From the NCBI RefSeq assembly GCF_022045235.1, contig NW_027266286.1:28830001-28894000 (forward strand): DNA of 64,000 bases. Reading direction: 5' to 3'. Source of the stretch: Haliotis cracherodii (Eukaryota). The notes beneath the pieces are model-generated. The model searched no databases and was not told where the DNA came from. It saw nothing but the letters and a program-made list of their open reading frames with translations. The number at the start of each line of letters is the position of its first letter. Position 1 is the stretch's first letter. This document shows, piece after piece, positions 10,025 to 25,365 of this stretch. Position numbers and translations under genes: made by a program.

Positions 10025-11670
10025 TTAAATGGTCGTGCTTTATCATTTAGCTGTATCCTGTGTATATTAAATGGCCGTGCCTTATCATGTAGCTACATCC
10101 TGTGTATGTTTAATGGGCGTGCCTTATCATGTAGCTACATCCTGTGTATATTAAATGGTCGTGCCTTATCATGTAGCTACATCCTGTGTATGTTAAATGG
10201 GCGTGCCTTATCATGTAGCTATATCCTGTGTATATTAAATGGTCGTGCTTTATCATGTAGCTACATCCTGTGTATATTAAATGGGCGTGCCTTATCATGC
10301 AGCTACATCCTGTGTATATTAAATGGTCGTGCCTTATCATGTAGCTACATCCTGTGTATGTTAAATGGGCGTGCCATATCATGTAGCTACATCCCGTGTA
10401 TATAAAATGGTCGTGCCCAATCATGTATCTATATATTGTGTATATCAAATGGGCTTGCTTTATCGTGTAGCTACGTCCAGTGTATATTACATGGGCGTGC
10501 CTTATCATGTAGCTGTATCCCGTGTATATGAAATGGTCGTGCCTTATCATGTAGCTACATCCTGTGTATAAAAATTGGTCTTGCGTTATGACGTAGCTAC
10601 ACACTGTGTATATAAAGTGGTCGTGCTTTATATTTTAGCTACATCAAATGGTGATTTAATGGTCATGTTTTATCATGTAGCTACACACTGTGTTTATTAA
10701 GTGGTCGTGCTTTATAATGTAGCTACATCAAATGGTTATTTAATATTTTATCATGTAGCTACACACTGTGAATATGACTTGGTCGTGCTTTATAATGTAG
10801 CTACACACTGTGTATATTAAATGGTCGTGCTTTATAATGTAGCTACATCAAATGGTTATTTAATGGTCGTGCCTTATTATGTAGCTACATCCTGTGTTTA
10901 TTAAATGGTCGTGCCTTATCGTGTAGCTACACTCTGTCTATATCAATGGTCGTGCCTTATCATGTAGCTTCACTCTGTCTATATTAATGGTCGTGCCTTA
11001 TCGTGTAGCTAAATCCTGTGTATATTAAATGGTCGTGCCTTATCATGTAGCTAAATCCTGTGTATATTAAATGGTCGTGCCTTATCATGTAGCTTCACTC
11101 TGTCTATATTAATGGTCGTGCCTTATCATGTAGCTTCACTCTGTCTATATTAATGGTCGTGCCTTATCGTGTAGCTACACACTGTGTATATTAAATGGTC
11201 GTACCTTATCATGTAGCTACATCCAGTGTATATTAGATGGGCGTGCTTTATCGTGTAGCTACATCCTGTGTGTATTTATGGTCGTGTCATATCATGTAGC
11301 TACATCCTGTGTCTATTAAATGTTCGTGCCTTATCATGTAGCTACATCCTGTGTCTATTAATGGTCGTGCCTTATCATGTAGCTACATCCTGTGTCTATT
11401 AAATGGTCGTGTCATATCATGTAGCTACATCCTGTGTATATTAATGGTCGTGCCTTATCATGTAGCTACATCCGGTGTCTATTAAATGGTCGTGCCTTAT
11501 CATGTAGCTACACCCTGTGTATATTAATGGTCGTGCCTTATCATGTAGCTGTAGCTGGTGTTTATCAAATGTTATCTTGTAGCTACATCCGATGCATGTT
11601 ATTTGGGCGTGTCTCCTCATGTACCTACATCTCATGTATATTTAGTGGACGTCCGTCTTCATGTAACCTG
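10025..11670. repeat. 41/42-bp minisatellite, unit 2
   Basis: Same consensus with variant units. Confidence 0.95.
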
Positions 11671-12823
11671 TGTATCGTGAATAGGGTAATCTATTTACCT
11701 TGAGGTAGTGTGCCTGATCCTGTTAATATCATATTACCTGCTGTATTCTTAATGTATTACACATACATTAATTTGTTTTCCAAATGTACCTGTCATGTGG
11801 TTGCAAATGGTAATGAAGGGTCTGTTAAAAAGAGTTATACAAAAACTTTACAATAATAAAAAGAGAAAAAAAATTAATTCATGTGTTTAATAAAAATCAA
11901 TTGAGTTTAAATGCTTATAAATATAAAACTGAAAAATATGAAAATATAGATAAAAAGAGGAATACAAAAGCTTCAAAACATAAATATACTGAAATAAAGG
12001 GGAAAAACTAATGCGTGGATAAAAAAATTAAGTTGAGTTGAAATGCTTATAAAAATATAACTAAAATATGTGAAATTATTCATAAAAACCCATCTTATTT
12101 ATGAATAAAAAGACCAACAATATAGAATATAGTGAAATATACCCTGAACGTATAGTAAGCATTTGGTCACCTAAACTTACTTGTAATCGGTTGTACACCC
12201 TATATGCATAGCTTAGAGTGATTTGTCTATCTTAGTTGTGGGAGAGATGTAATCCCAACAAAGTTAGTTGTAAGAGAGTTGTGAACCCTATTTTGTATAA
12301 TTTGTTGTGAGAGACATGTTCACCTCGGTTGTGAGAGAGTTGTCTATCTTAGCTGTGAGAGCGTTGTGCACCGTGGCTGATTATACTGTGAAGTAGTTAT
12401 ACTTCTATAATAGTTGTTAGAGGGAAAGGGAAACTTGGTCGAACTTTAGGGGTATTCGGCCACAATCTTTCTTAAGTTTCCAATTGCCAATACAAAATTC
12501 AATATGTAATAAAAATGCTAATGGGCAGACAGTGTTAGTGTCTTAATTCTGTGATATAATTGATAACACTGCAAGATTCGTTGTCTGCAGTACCAGGGCC
12601 CACTTGCACAAAGCGATCTTAGAACTATAGAACTCCTATACTATAACATAGGCTTATATTCGTAGCACTAAGATCGCTTGGTGCAAGTGGGCTCAGACCC
12701 TGAGGTACGAGCACGTGACTATGAAGCAGGTGACATTATTGTACACATCCGATGAGGGAGTTACACGTGTTTGTTTGTTGTTTGACGCCGCACTCAGCAA
12801 TATTTCAGCTGTTTTCGAGCTAT

Positions 12824-13431
12824 AGGTCTCTGGGGTACCTGTCTGGAGGAGGGTGCAGGTCATGGCTACACGTTGACGTTGCTGGCTACAAGGTGGTTCT
12901 GTACGATTCAGGCTGTATGGGGCTGGCGTTGTCGTGCTGATAAAGAACACCGCGTGGTAGCTGTTTTAGGAACGTTTGGTCAATCGGACGCAGAATGTCA
13001 TCCATGTAACGCTGAGCTGTTAACGATGACCAGTGGTGTTCTTTCCTGCCAGCAAATTCCTCCCCACATTGCATCCCCTCCACCATACTCCACCCTCTGA
13101 CGACGATGTTGCTCTGTCAATAACTGTCCTCTATAAGGACTGTAAGCCCTATATCCTTGAGATCCGAGTCGCCTGGTCACTGTCTGTTGACTTACCATAC
13201 GCCAAAAGGCATTCGTCGCTGATGACGTCACTGTCAAGAATCGATTCCAGAGATGCAAAGGTCGCAAACACCGGTCTTCATTGGGCGTAGTTACTCTGGG
13301 TCTGCGTGTTGCCTGTCTGGTGTCTGCCCAGTCCATCTGTAGCGCTGCATCAGGGTAGTTACAGCATCACCGGAGCAACCCCAAAAGTTCTAGCAACGTG
13401 GGCCTTGGTGGCTCCCATCTGTACCATACTC
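12824..13431 (-). mobile_element. Tc1 transposase remnant (unit 2)
   Basis: RPRVTTPNEDR...WGGI...RYMDDILRP...YQHDNA, frameshifted. Confidence 0.9.
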
Positions 13432-15654
13432 AGGGGACCCATGAAGATCCGGGGTAGAATAGGACTTCAGCAGTCCGTGTTTGCCGTTTAAGGCGATTAT
13501 GTTTGTCGGAAGAGGCGGCTAACGGGATCGGGTGGTCAGACTCGCTGACTTGGTTGATGCATGTCATTGTATCTAAATTGCGTGGATCAATGCTCATGAT
13601 ATCAAACATTGGATTGTCTGGTCCAGACTCGATTATTTACAGACCGCCGTCGTATAGCTGGAATATTGCCGAGTGTGGCGTTAAACAACAAACAACAACA
13701 ACTCAGGGCCTGCTCGCGTTGTCGGGTCTGTTTACTTGATCGAATGAGTGAGTGAGTTGGGTTTAACGCTACTTTTAACAGTATTCAAGTTATATCGCGG
13801 CGTCTTGGTCGCATGAATTGAATGGAAAGTAATAGTTAATACTTGTGAGTGAGTGAGTTGCAACGGCATTGTATCAGCCATATGGGGATGAGAACAAATT
13901 ATGTATTCATTAAAACACTGCACAGTAAGGAAACAAGGTAAATATCACAGATTTGATATAAAACAAACCAGATTGATAAAAGTTAAAAATCATATAGATA
14001 AATAAATGAAACAGTTATTTTCGACACATGTTCACAATCTATGATACAGACCAATACATGGTCATTTTTTTCCAGTATCGTCAGTGTCAATGATCGGGGT
14101 TTATGTTATTCCTTGTAGTCCGACTGAACTTCGTGCAAATATAACAAAGGATATCAACTTTCTTATTTACAAGCTCCATACATCCCAAACATCGTTCTCT
14201 TGTTCCTAATATACCGGGGGGAAACGAAGGTGGCACGCGCTGAACTGAAGTTTGCTTGTTTTAATGTCGAACGAAGGGAGATAACTCTAATGGAACACGT
14301 TTTTCAAACATTTTGTTAAACACCAACAGAAGCTGACAGGGGGTCATTGATACTATCAATCAAAGGAACGTTGATTATGAACACCCGACAGCCATCAACT
14401 AAATTAGTTTCAACATTGAAAACACCTTATTGTCGATTTTCACGTTACAATGACGTCATAGTATCATGACGTCTCAGGTCAAAGTTCATCACTTCGTTGT
14501 ATTGTTCTGCGAGCCAGCTGGCACAAAGGCAGCTCTCGTGTTTTAAGAAGTGTAATCAGTATATTACACCCCGTAGAGATCGGACACCTTCCAGGTAAGT
14601 ACCAGAGTATACTACTTTCTTTTCTAGACTTCCAGCGGTTGTATTTAATAGCTCCATATTGTTTCCCCAAAACACGGCTGATACTATGTGAGGTTGCGGT
14701 AAGAAAATGTTTGATGTGTATTAGGATCAACGGTTTTATCAATTTCTGAGGCCAAATCAGCTGAGAACCGATTAATCTGTTCTATCTTTAACATTTTGTC
14801 CTCGTGTTCCAACTGATTAAATGGTTAATTTGCTTTAAACAGATCTTTTAAAACGCTATATAAGCGCGATAGTTGGTTTTAACCCCACTTTTAAAAGGAT
14901 TCCAGTTATTTCACTGTGTGTCAGCTTACTGTGGGAGGAAAGGCCGGAGTGATACAGGTCTCAGACGTTTACCACTTTGGGGAAACACACGAGCACGGCC
15001 ATTGATGCCGAAAAACCCAGAAACATAATCGGGGCGAACCGGGATTCGAACCCAAGATCATATACTATACTCCAATACCATAACACAGACTTACACATGC
15101 GCGGGTCCGGATATCTATTTGTAGGGTTTCTTCCGATGGTGGCAGAAATAAATTTCAAACAAAGATGGTAGAATGTCAGTGATAAGTGCTAACATTAATG
15201 TACATATATTTTATGACACTACATCTATTTTTCTAGCAAAGCAGGTTCATTCTTAATTATAATTACCTGTTAATCAGAAAATACGAAGAAATATACACTC
15301 TTTAACATATTAATATGCTGACGTATAGTTTTCGGACTTGATATGCATTGAACGTATGCATACTACATGGTACTTGATTTTGTGTAATCTTTTTTTTCGA
15401 TTTTGCAACATGTAATTATACTAATTAACTTTTTGCGATTCTGATTTTCTTGGGCCAAGACTACACTTTTTACTCACTGACGTAAACATTATTATGCAGA
15501 TGACTTTTTATAAATCTATGGCCTAACGAAAATTTATTAAAATATATCTTACGTAATACAGATTTAATTGCTTGATCAAACCGAGCCGAAAACTGATGTT
15601 TTTTTAATTTCAAATACTATTTGTGAAAACAGTGTGACATCCAGGGATCCCACA

Positions 15655-17401
15655 ATGTCCTCTGTCGAACTTTCTGAAAGACAGAAGGGCGAAGATGCAG
15701 TAATTTATTCCGAGGACTACCGTTACATCATGTCAACATCGGCATCTGACTTAAGTTCCTCTCCATCGTCATCCAAGACTAGTCCTCGGAGACCCGAAGC
15801 TTCCGCCAAAAAGCCAGCAGGGGTAGATAACTCCATCAAACCTGGAGACTACAAATATATCATGGAGACATCGGCGTCAGACGTGTCGTCATCTCCATCA
15901 TGCAAGATTCTTCGTGAATCTGTTGGAGCATCTGCTTCACCCTCTAGGAGCTCTCACAGCAGTCCTCGTGAATCTGACAGTGGATCTGACAAACCTGATG
16001 ACAGATGCTACACTTCACCAACGTCATCTCCATTGCCACACCCAAGGTCTCTTACAGGGTCCAGCCAATCTGTCTTGTCGTCTGAAATTCTAAGCAGCGT
16101 CTCCTCTGACTCGGAGAAAGTATTCGACCCCTTCGCAAAGGACCACCTTCAGCCCAGACTTTCCCCCAGGGAGCCATCTGTCGACGTTCATTTCCCAGTC
16201 GCTGAAACAGTGTCCGAGGTATCCCTGGCAAACAGGAGCGATGAATCGTGGTTTACCGACTCCAGGGAGTCGAACAGTTTCCACCAGGACGCACTACACA
16301 TACGTAAGCTGATGCTGGACCAGGCGTGGGTCTCTGACAGACAGCAGCCGATGTCGGACTGGGTGTCCTCTGTTATCGTGTGGGATGATGACGGTAAGAT
16401 ATGCCATCAGTAGTTGGAACATCATCAGAGTAGTATCAAAAGAGAATGAGTGAGTGAGTGAGTGAGTGTTGTTTTTAACAATATTCCTGCTACTTCACAT
16501 CGTACCAACATAACATGATGAGCTGAAACATATATGAATTATGACAGGTGTATTTACATAAAATTTACATATATATATATATATAAGATTGTTGTTTCTG
16601 TCTCAAAAGTTGCAAGCAACTTGGGTGTGGACTCTCTCCTGACCAGACTGAAGAACAGATTTCAGGTGAGTCCAGTGATATCCGTGCTCTTATCACTCAG
16701 CGACTCTCATTGCTTCAAGACATACAATACATCTTACTTAAGGAAAAACCAAACAATTCTAGGGATCCATTATAGTGAACGCTCAAGTGAAGAATTTCAT
16801 TTTTGAGGGGTAAAACTTGAAACTTAATTATTTTTATGCCTTTTTCCAAGACTGGGGAAACGTTTTTAGAATACTCCCAGAAGAACCAATGGTCGGCCCC
16901 AACTAAGTGATATTTTCCTTGTTGTTTTCGTCATGATGATATCCGCTGAAATATCAACCTACTTTTCTTACCAGAGCACGTGGTGGCGCCTGACAAGGGG
17001 GAGGGAGACTCGGGTCCAGATCCTCAAGAAATACAGCTCAGCATCCGGAGGCGGCACCAGCGGTGAGTACAGGAGCATTTGTCGTGGTTTCACAAAACAA
17101 AGAACTCCCTACTATTCTCTTTTACCGGAGAAATTAAAATAATGGAGACCTGTCACCTCAGTAACATGTTCTTGCTGCAGCTTGTTGTAGATCTCTTCAA
17201 CTTGGTCTGGATGGTAAAATTGACATAACAGAAGCGAAACACTGTTACTGTCTTTGGTTGTCCGAGGTCCTTTGTCTGAAGTATTGTTTCCTGTCTGCAG
17301 GTGGAGACGGGGACAAGACACAACGCAGAGAGAAGCTGCAGAAGCGAGTGCAGAGGTTCATGTCCCGGTTCTTCATTTGTGGAGGACCATCACAGGCCTA
17401 G
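15655..17401 (+). CDS. Array gene copy 3, 327 aa
   Basis: Exons 15655-16393, 16610-16665, 16975-17062, 17301-17401; splice sites intact and frame open. Confidence 0.75.
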
Positions 17402-18040
17402 ACACAGTCTGTGTTAGGCCCAGACACAGTGCCGGTGTCTATGTCAGGCCCAGACACAGTGCCGGTGTCTCTGTCAGGCCAAGACACAATGCAGGTGTCT
17501 CTGTCAGGCCCAGACACAATGCAGGTGTCTCTGTCAGGCCAAGACACAGTGCCTGTGTCTATGTCAGGCCCAGACACAGAGCAGGTGTCTCTGTCAGCCC
17601 CAGACACAGTGCAGGTGTCTCTGTCAGGCCAAGACACAATGCTGGTGTCTATGTCAGGCCCAGACACAATGCAGGTGTCTCTGTCAGGCCAAGACACAGT
17701 GCCGGTGTCTATGTCAGGCCAAGACACAGTGCCGGTGTTTATGTCAGGCCCAGACACAGTGCAGGTGACTATGTCAGGCCAAGACACAGTGCCGGTGTTT
17801 ATGTCAGGCCCAGTCACAATGCCGGTGTCTATGTCAAGCCCAGATACAGTACCGGTGTCTATTTCAGGCCCAGACACAGTGCAGGTGTCTATGTCAGGTC
17901 CAGACACAGTGCAGGTGTCTATGTCAGGCCCAGACACAGTGCAGGTGTTTATGTCAGGCCCAGACACAATGCAGGTATCTATGTCAGGCCCAGACACAGA
18001 GCAGGTGTCTATGTCAGGCCAAGGTATTGTGCAGGCGTCA
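17402..18040. repeat. 30-bp minisatellite, unit 3 (~21 repeats)
   Basis: Same consensus. Confidence 0.95.
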
Positions 18041-18044
18041 CTGC

Positions 18045-19555
18045 TAAATGGGCGTGCCTTATCGTGTAGCCATATCCTGTGTATATTAAATTGGCGTGCC
18101 TTATCATATAGTTACATCCTGTGTATATTAAATGGTCGTGTTTTATAATGTAGCTACATCAAATGGTTATTTAATGGTCGTGTTGTATCATGTAGCTACA
18201 CACTGTGTATATTAAATGGGCGTGCCTTATCCTATAGCTACATCCTGTGTATATTAAATGGGCGTGCCTTATCGTGTAGCTACATCATGTGTATATTAAA
18301 TGGGCGTGCCTTATCCTGTAGCTACATCCTGTGTATATTAAATGGGCGTGCCTTATCCTATAGCTACATCCTGTGTATATTAAATGGGCGTGCCTTATCC
18401 TATAGCTACATCCTGTGTATATTAAATGGACGTGCCTTATCGTGTAGTTACACACTGTGTATATTAATGGTCGTGCCTTTTCATGTAGCTGTAGGAGGTG
18501 TTTATGAAATGTTACCTTGCAGCTGCATCCTGTGCCTTTTAAATGGGCGTACCACATCATGTAGTTACATCCTTTGTATATTAAATGGGCGCGCCACATC
18601 ATGTACTTACACACTGTGTATATTAAATGGTCGTGTTTTATCATGTAGCTACACACTGTGTATATTAAGTGGTCGTGCATTATAATTTAGCTACATCAAA
18701 TGGTTATTTAATGGTCATGTTTTATCATGTAGCTACACACTGTGTTTATTAAGTGGTCGTGCTTTATAATGAAGCTACATCAAATGGTTATTTAATATTT
18801 CATCATGTAGCTACACACTGTGTATATGACTTGGTCGTGCTTTATAATGTAGCGACACACTGTGTATATTAAATGGTCGTGCTTTATAATGTAGCTACAT
18901 CAAATGGTTATTTAATGGTCATGTTTTATCATGTAGCTACACACTGTGTTTATTAAATGGTCGTGCTTTATAATGTAGCTACATCAAATGGTTATTTAAT
19001 ATTTTATCATGTAGCTACACACAGTGTATATGACTTGGTCGTGCTTTATAATGTAGCTACACACTGTGTATATTAAATGGTGGTGCTTTATAATGTAGCT
19101 ACATCAAATGGTTATTTAATGGTCGTGCCTTATTATGTAGCTACATCCTGTGTATATTAAATGGTCGTGCCTTATCGTGTAGCTGCACTCTGTCTATATC
19201 AATGGTCGTGTCTTATCATGTAGCTACATCCTGTGTATATTAAATGGTCGTGCCTTATCATGTAGCTTCACTCTGTCTATATTAATGGTCGTGCCTTATC
19301 ATGTAGCTACATCCTGTGTATATTAAATGGTCGTGCCTTATCGTGTAGCTACATCAAATGGTCATTTAATGGTCGTGCCTTACCATGTAGCTACACCCTG
19401 TGTATATTAATGGTCGTGCCTTTTCATGTAGCTGTAGCTGGTGTTTATCAAATGTTATCTTGTAGCTACATCCGATGCATGTTATTTGGGCGTGTCTCCT
19501 CATGTACCTACATCTCATGTATAGTTAATGGACGTCCGTCTTCATGTAGCCTGTG
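18045..19555. repeat. 41/42-bp minisatellite, unit 3
   Basis: Same consensus. Confidence 0.95.
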
Positions 19556-20716
19556 TATCGTGAATAGGGTAATCTATTTACCTTGAGGTAGTGTGCCTGA
19601 TCCTGTTAATATCATATTATCTGCTGTATTCTTAATGTATTACACATACATTAATTTGTTTTCCAAATGTACCTTTCACGTGGTTGCAAATGGTAATGAA
19701 GGGTCTGTTAAAAAGAGTTATACAAAAACTTTACAATAATAAAAAGAGAAAAAAAATTAATTCATTGGTTTAAAAAAAATCAATTGAGTTTAAATGCTTA
19801 TAAATATAAAACTGAAAAATATGAAAATATAGATAAAAGGAGGAATACAAAAGCTTCAAAACATAAATATACTGAAATAAAGGGGAAAAACTAATGCGTG
19901 GATAAAAAAAATCAAATTGAGTTGAAATGCTTATAAAAATATAACTAAAATATGTGAAATTATTCATAAAAACCCATCTTATTTATGAATAAAAAGACCA
20001 ACAATATAGAATATATTGAAATATACCCTGAACGTATAGTAAGCATTGGGTCACCTAAACTTACTTGTAATCGGTTGTACACCCTATATGCATAGCTTAG
20101 AGTGATTTGTCCACCTTAGTTGTGGGAGAGATGTAATCCCAACAAAGTTAGTTGTAAGAGAGTTGTGAACCCTATTTTGTATAATTTGTTGTGAGAGACA
20201 TGTTCAACTCGGTTGTGAGAGAGTTGTCTATCTTAGCTGTGAGAGCGTTGTGCACCGTGGAAGATCATACTGTGAAGTAGTTATACTTCTATAATAGTTG
20301 TTAGAGGGAAAAGGAAACTTGGTCTAACTTTAGGGGTATTCGGCCACAATCTTTCTTAAGTTTCCAATTGTCAATAAAAATGCGATATGTAATAAAAATG
20401 CTAATGGGCAGACAGTGTTATTGTCTTAATTCTGTGATATAATTGATAACACTGCAAGATTCGTTGTCTGCAGTACCAGGGCCCACTTGCACAAAGCCAT
20501 CTTAGAACTAAGATTATCATAACACCCATACTTTAACATAGGCTTACAATAGTCGTAGCACTAAGATCGCTTTGTGCAAGTGGGCTCAGACCCTGAGGTA
20601 CGAGCACGTGACTATGAAGCAGGTGACATTATTGTACACATCCGATGAGGGAGTTACACGTGTTTGTTTGTTGTTTGACGCCGCACTCAGCAATATTTCA
20701 GCTGTATTCCAGCTAT

Positions 20717-21324
20717 AGGTCTCTGGGGTACCTGTCTGGAGGAGGGTGCAGGTCATGGCTACACGTTGACGTTGCTGGCTACAAGGTGGTTCTGTACGAT
20801 TCGGGCTGTATGGGGCTGGCGTTGTCGTGCTGATAAAGAACACCGCGTGGTAGCTGTTTTAGGAATGTTTGGTTAATCGGACGCAGAATGTCATCCATGT
20901 AACGCTGAGCTGTTAACGATGACCAGAGGTGTTCTTTCCTGCCAGCAAATTCCTCCCCACATTGCATCCCCTTCACCATACTCCACCCTCTGACGACGAT
21001 GTTGCTCGGTCAATAACTGTCCTCTATAAGGACTGTAAGCCCTATATCCTTGAGATCCGAGTCGCCTGGTCACTGTCTGTCGACTTACCATACGCCAAAA
21101 GGCGTTCGTCGCTGATGACGTCACTGTCAAGAATCGATTCCGGAGATGCAAAGTTCGCAAACACCGGTCTTCATTGGGCGTAGTTACTCTGGGTCTGCGT
21201 GTTGCCTGTCTGGTGTCTGCCCAGTCCATCTGTAACGTTGCATCAGGGTAGTTACAGCATCACGGGAGCAACCCCAAAAGCTCTAGCAACGTGGGCCTGG
21301 GTGGCTCCCATTTGTACCATACCC
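20717..21324 (-). mobile_element. Tc1 transposase remnant (unit 3)
   Basis: Same motifs as unit 2. Confidence 0.9.
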
Positions 21325-23549
21325 AGGGGACCCATGAAGATCCGGGGTAGAATAGGACTTCAGCAACCGATGCTTGTCGTAAAAGGTGACTATGCTTGTC
21401 GTAAGAGGCGACTAACGGGATCGGGTGGTCAGACTCGCTGACTTGGTTGATGCATGTCATTGTATCTAATTTGCGTGGATCAATGCTCATGATATCAAAC
21501 ATTGGATTGTCTGGTCCTGACTCGATTATTTACAGACCGCCGTCGTATAACTGGAATATTGCCGAGTGTGGCGTTAAACAACAAACAACAACAACTCAGG
21601 GCCTGCTCGCGTTGTTCGGGTCTGTTTACTTGATCGAATGAGTGAGTGAGTTGGGTTTAACGCTACTTTTAACAGTATTCAAGTTATATCGCGGCGTCTT
21701 GATCGCATGAATTGAATGGAAAGTAATAGTTAATACTTGTGAGTGAGAGAGTTACAACGGCAATGTATCAGCCATATGGGGATGAGAACAAATTATGTAA
21801 TCATTAAAACACTGCGCAGTAAGGAAACAAGCTAAATATCACAGATTTGATATTAAACAAACTAGATTGATAAAGGTTAAAAATCATATAGATAAATAAA
21901 TGAAACAGTTATTTTCGACACATATTCACAATCTATGATACAGACCAATTCATTGTCATTTTTTTCAAGAATCATCAGTGTCAATGATCGGGGTATATGT
22001 TATTCTTTTTAGTCCGACTGAACTTCGTGCAAATATAACAAAGGATACCAACTTTTTTATTTACAAGCTCCATACATCCCAAACATCGTTCTCTTGTTCC
22101 TAATATACCGGGAGGAAACGAAGGTGGCACGCGCTGAACTGGAGTTTGCTTGTTTTAATGTCGAACGAAGGGAGATAACTCTAATGGAACACGTTTTTCA
22201 AACATTTTGTTAAACACCAACAGAAGATGACAGGGGGTCATTGATATTATCAATCAAAGGAACGTTGATTATGAACACCCGACAGCCATCAACTAAATTA
22301 GTTTCACCATTGAAAACACCTTATTGTCGATTTTCATGTTATAATGACGTCATAGTATCCTGACGTCACAGGTCAAAGTTCATCACTTCGTAGTATTGTT
22401 CTGCGAGACCGCTAGCACAAAGGCAGCTATCGTGTTTTAAGAAGTTTAATCAGTATATTACCCCCCGTAGAGATCGGACACCTTCCAGGTAAGTACCAGA
22501 GTATACTACTTTCTTTTCTTGACTTCCAGCGGTTGTATTTAATAGCTCCATATTATTTACCCAAAACACGACCGTGTCTGATGTGAGGTTGCGGTAAGAA
22601 AATGTTTGATGTGTATTAGGATCAACGGTTTTATCAATTTCTGAGGCCACATCAGCTGAGAACCGATTAATCTGTTCTATCTTTAACATTTTGTCCTCGT
22701 GTTCCAACTGATTAAATGGTTAATTTGCTTTAAACAGATCTTTTAAAACGCTATATAAGCGCGATAGTTGGTTTTAACCCCACTTTTAAAAGGAGTCCAG
22801 TTATTTCACTGCGTGTCAGCTTACTGTGGGAGGAAAGGCCGGAGTGATACAGGTCTCAGACGTTTACCACTTTGGGGAAACACACGAGCACGGCCATTGA
22901 TGCCGAAAAACCCAGAAACATAATCGGGGCGAACCGGGATTCGAACCCAAGATCATATACTATACTCCAATACCATAACACAGACTTACACATGCGCGGG
23001 TCCGGATATCTATTTGTAAGGTTTCTTCCGATGGTGGCAGAAATAAATTTCAAACAAAGATGGTAGAATGTCAGTGATAAGTGCTAACATTAATGTACAT
23101 ATATTTTATGACACTACATCTATTTTTCTAGCAAAGCAGGTTCATTCTTAATTATAATTACCTGTTAATCAGAAAATACGAAGAAATATACTCTCTTTAA
23201 CATATTAATATGCTGACGTATAGTTTTCGCACTTGATATGCATTGAACGTATGCATACTACATGGTACTTGATTTTGTGTAATCTTTTTTTTCGATTTTG
23301 CAACATGTAATTATACTAATTAACTTTTTGCGATTCTGATTTTCTTGGGCCAAGACTACACATTTTACTCACTGACGTAAACATTGTTATGCAGATGACT
23401 TTTTATAAATCTATGGCCTAACGAAAATTTATTAAAATATATCTTACGTAATACAGATTTAATTGCTTGATCAAACCGAGCCGAAAACTGATGTTTTTTT
23501 AATTTCAAATACTATTTGTGAAAACAGTGTGACATCCAGGGATCCCACA

Positions 23550-25365
23550 ATGTCCTCTGTCGAACTTTCTGAAAGACAGAAGGGCGAAGATGCAGTAATT
23601 AATTCCGAGGACTACCGTTACATCATGTCAACATCGGCGTCTGACTTAAGTTCCTCTCCATCGTCATCCAAGACTAGTCCTCGAAGACCCGAAGCTTCCG
23701 TCAAAAAGCCAGCAGGGGTAGATAACTCCGTCAAACCTGGAGACTACAAATATATCATGGAGACATCGGCGTCAGACGTGTCGTCATCTCCATCACGCAA
23801 CGGTCTCCGTGAATCTGTTGGAGCATCTGCTTCACCCTCTAGGAGCTCTCACAGCAGTCCTCGTGAATCTGACAGTGGATCTGACAAACCTGATGACAGA
23901 TGCTACACTTCACCAACGTCATCTCCATTGCCACACCCAAGGTCTCTTACAGGTTCCATCCAATCTCTCTTGTCGTCTGAAATTCTAAGCAGCGTCTCCT
24001 CTGACTCGGAGAAAGTATTCGACCCCTTCGCGAAGGACCACCTTCAGCCCAGACTTTCCCCCAGGGAGCCATCTGTCGACGTTCATTTCCCAGTCGCTGA
24101 AACAGTGTCCGAGGTATCCCTGGCAAACAGGAGCGATGAATCGTAGTTTACCGACTCCAGGGAGTCGAACAGTTTCCACCAGGACGCACTACACATACGT
24201 AAGCTGATGCTGGACCAGGCCTGGGTGTCTGACAGACAGCAGCCGATGTCGGACTGGGTGTCCTCTGTTATCGTGTGGGATGATGACGGTAAGATATGCC
24301 ATCAGTAGTTGGAACATCATCAGAGTAGTATCAAAAGAGAATGAGTGAGTGAGTGAGTGTCGTTTTTAACAATATTCCTGCTACTTCACATCGTACCAAC
24401 ATAACATGATAAGCTGAAACATATATGAATTATGACAGGTGTATTTACATAAAAGAATTTTCTCTTAGTAGTTTTGCTAAAAAAAAATTCTATGAAGCAA
24501 ATTTGCTGATAACGAGGTGACAGATAGATATATATAAGATTGTTGTTTCTGTCTCAAAAGTTGCAAGCAACTTGGGTGTGGACTCTCTCCTGACCAGACT
24601 GAAGAACAGATTTCAGGTGAGTCCAGTGATGTCCGTGCTCTTGTCACTCAGCGACTCTCATTGCTTCAAGACATACAAGACATCTTACTTAAGGAAAAAC
24701 CAAACAATTCTAGGGATCCATTATAGTGAACGCTCAAGTGAAGAATTTCATTTTTGAGGGGTAAAACTTGAAACTTAATTATTTTTATGCCTTTTTCCAA
24801 GACTGGGGAAACGTTTTTAGAATACTCCCAGAAGAACCAATGGTCGGCCCCAACTAAGTGATATTTTCCTTGTTGTTTTCGTCATGATGATATCCGCTGA
24901 AATATCAACCTACTTTTCTTACCAGAGCACGTGGTGGCGCCTGACAAGGGGGAGAGAGACTCGGGTCCAGATCCTCAAGAAATACAGCACAGCATCCGGA
25001 GGCGGCACCAGTGGTGAGTACAGGAGTATTTGTCGTGTTTGGTTAATGGTTTCACAAAGCAAAGAACGCCCTACTATTCTCTTTTGCCGGAGAGAAATTA
25101 AAATAATGGAGACCTGTCACCTCAGTAACATGTTCTTTCTGCAGCTTGTTGTAGATCTCTTCAACTTGGTCTGGATGGTAAAATTGACATAACAGAAGCG
25201 AAACACTGTTACTGTCTTTGGTTGTCCGAGGTCCTTTGTCTGAAGTATTGTTTCCTGTCTGCAGGTGGAGACGAGGACAAGACACAACGCAGAGAGAAGC
25301 TGCAGAAGCGAGTGCAGAGGTTCATGTCCCGGTTCTTCATTTGTGGAGGACCATCACAGGCCTAG
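23550..25365 (+). pseudogene. Array gene copy 4 with premature stop (W199*)
   Basis: Exons 23550-24288, 24561-24616, 24926-25013, 25265-25365. TGG>TAG at 24144-24146, where all other copies have TGG. Confidence 0.7.
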
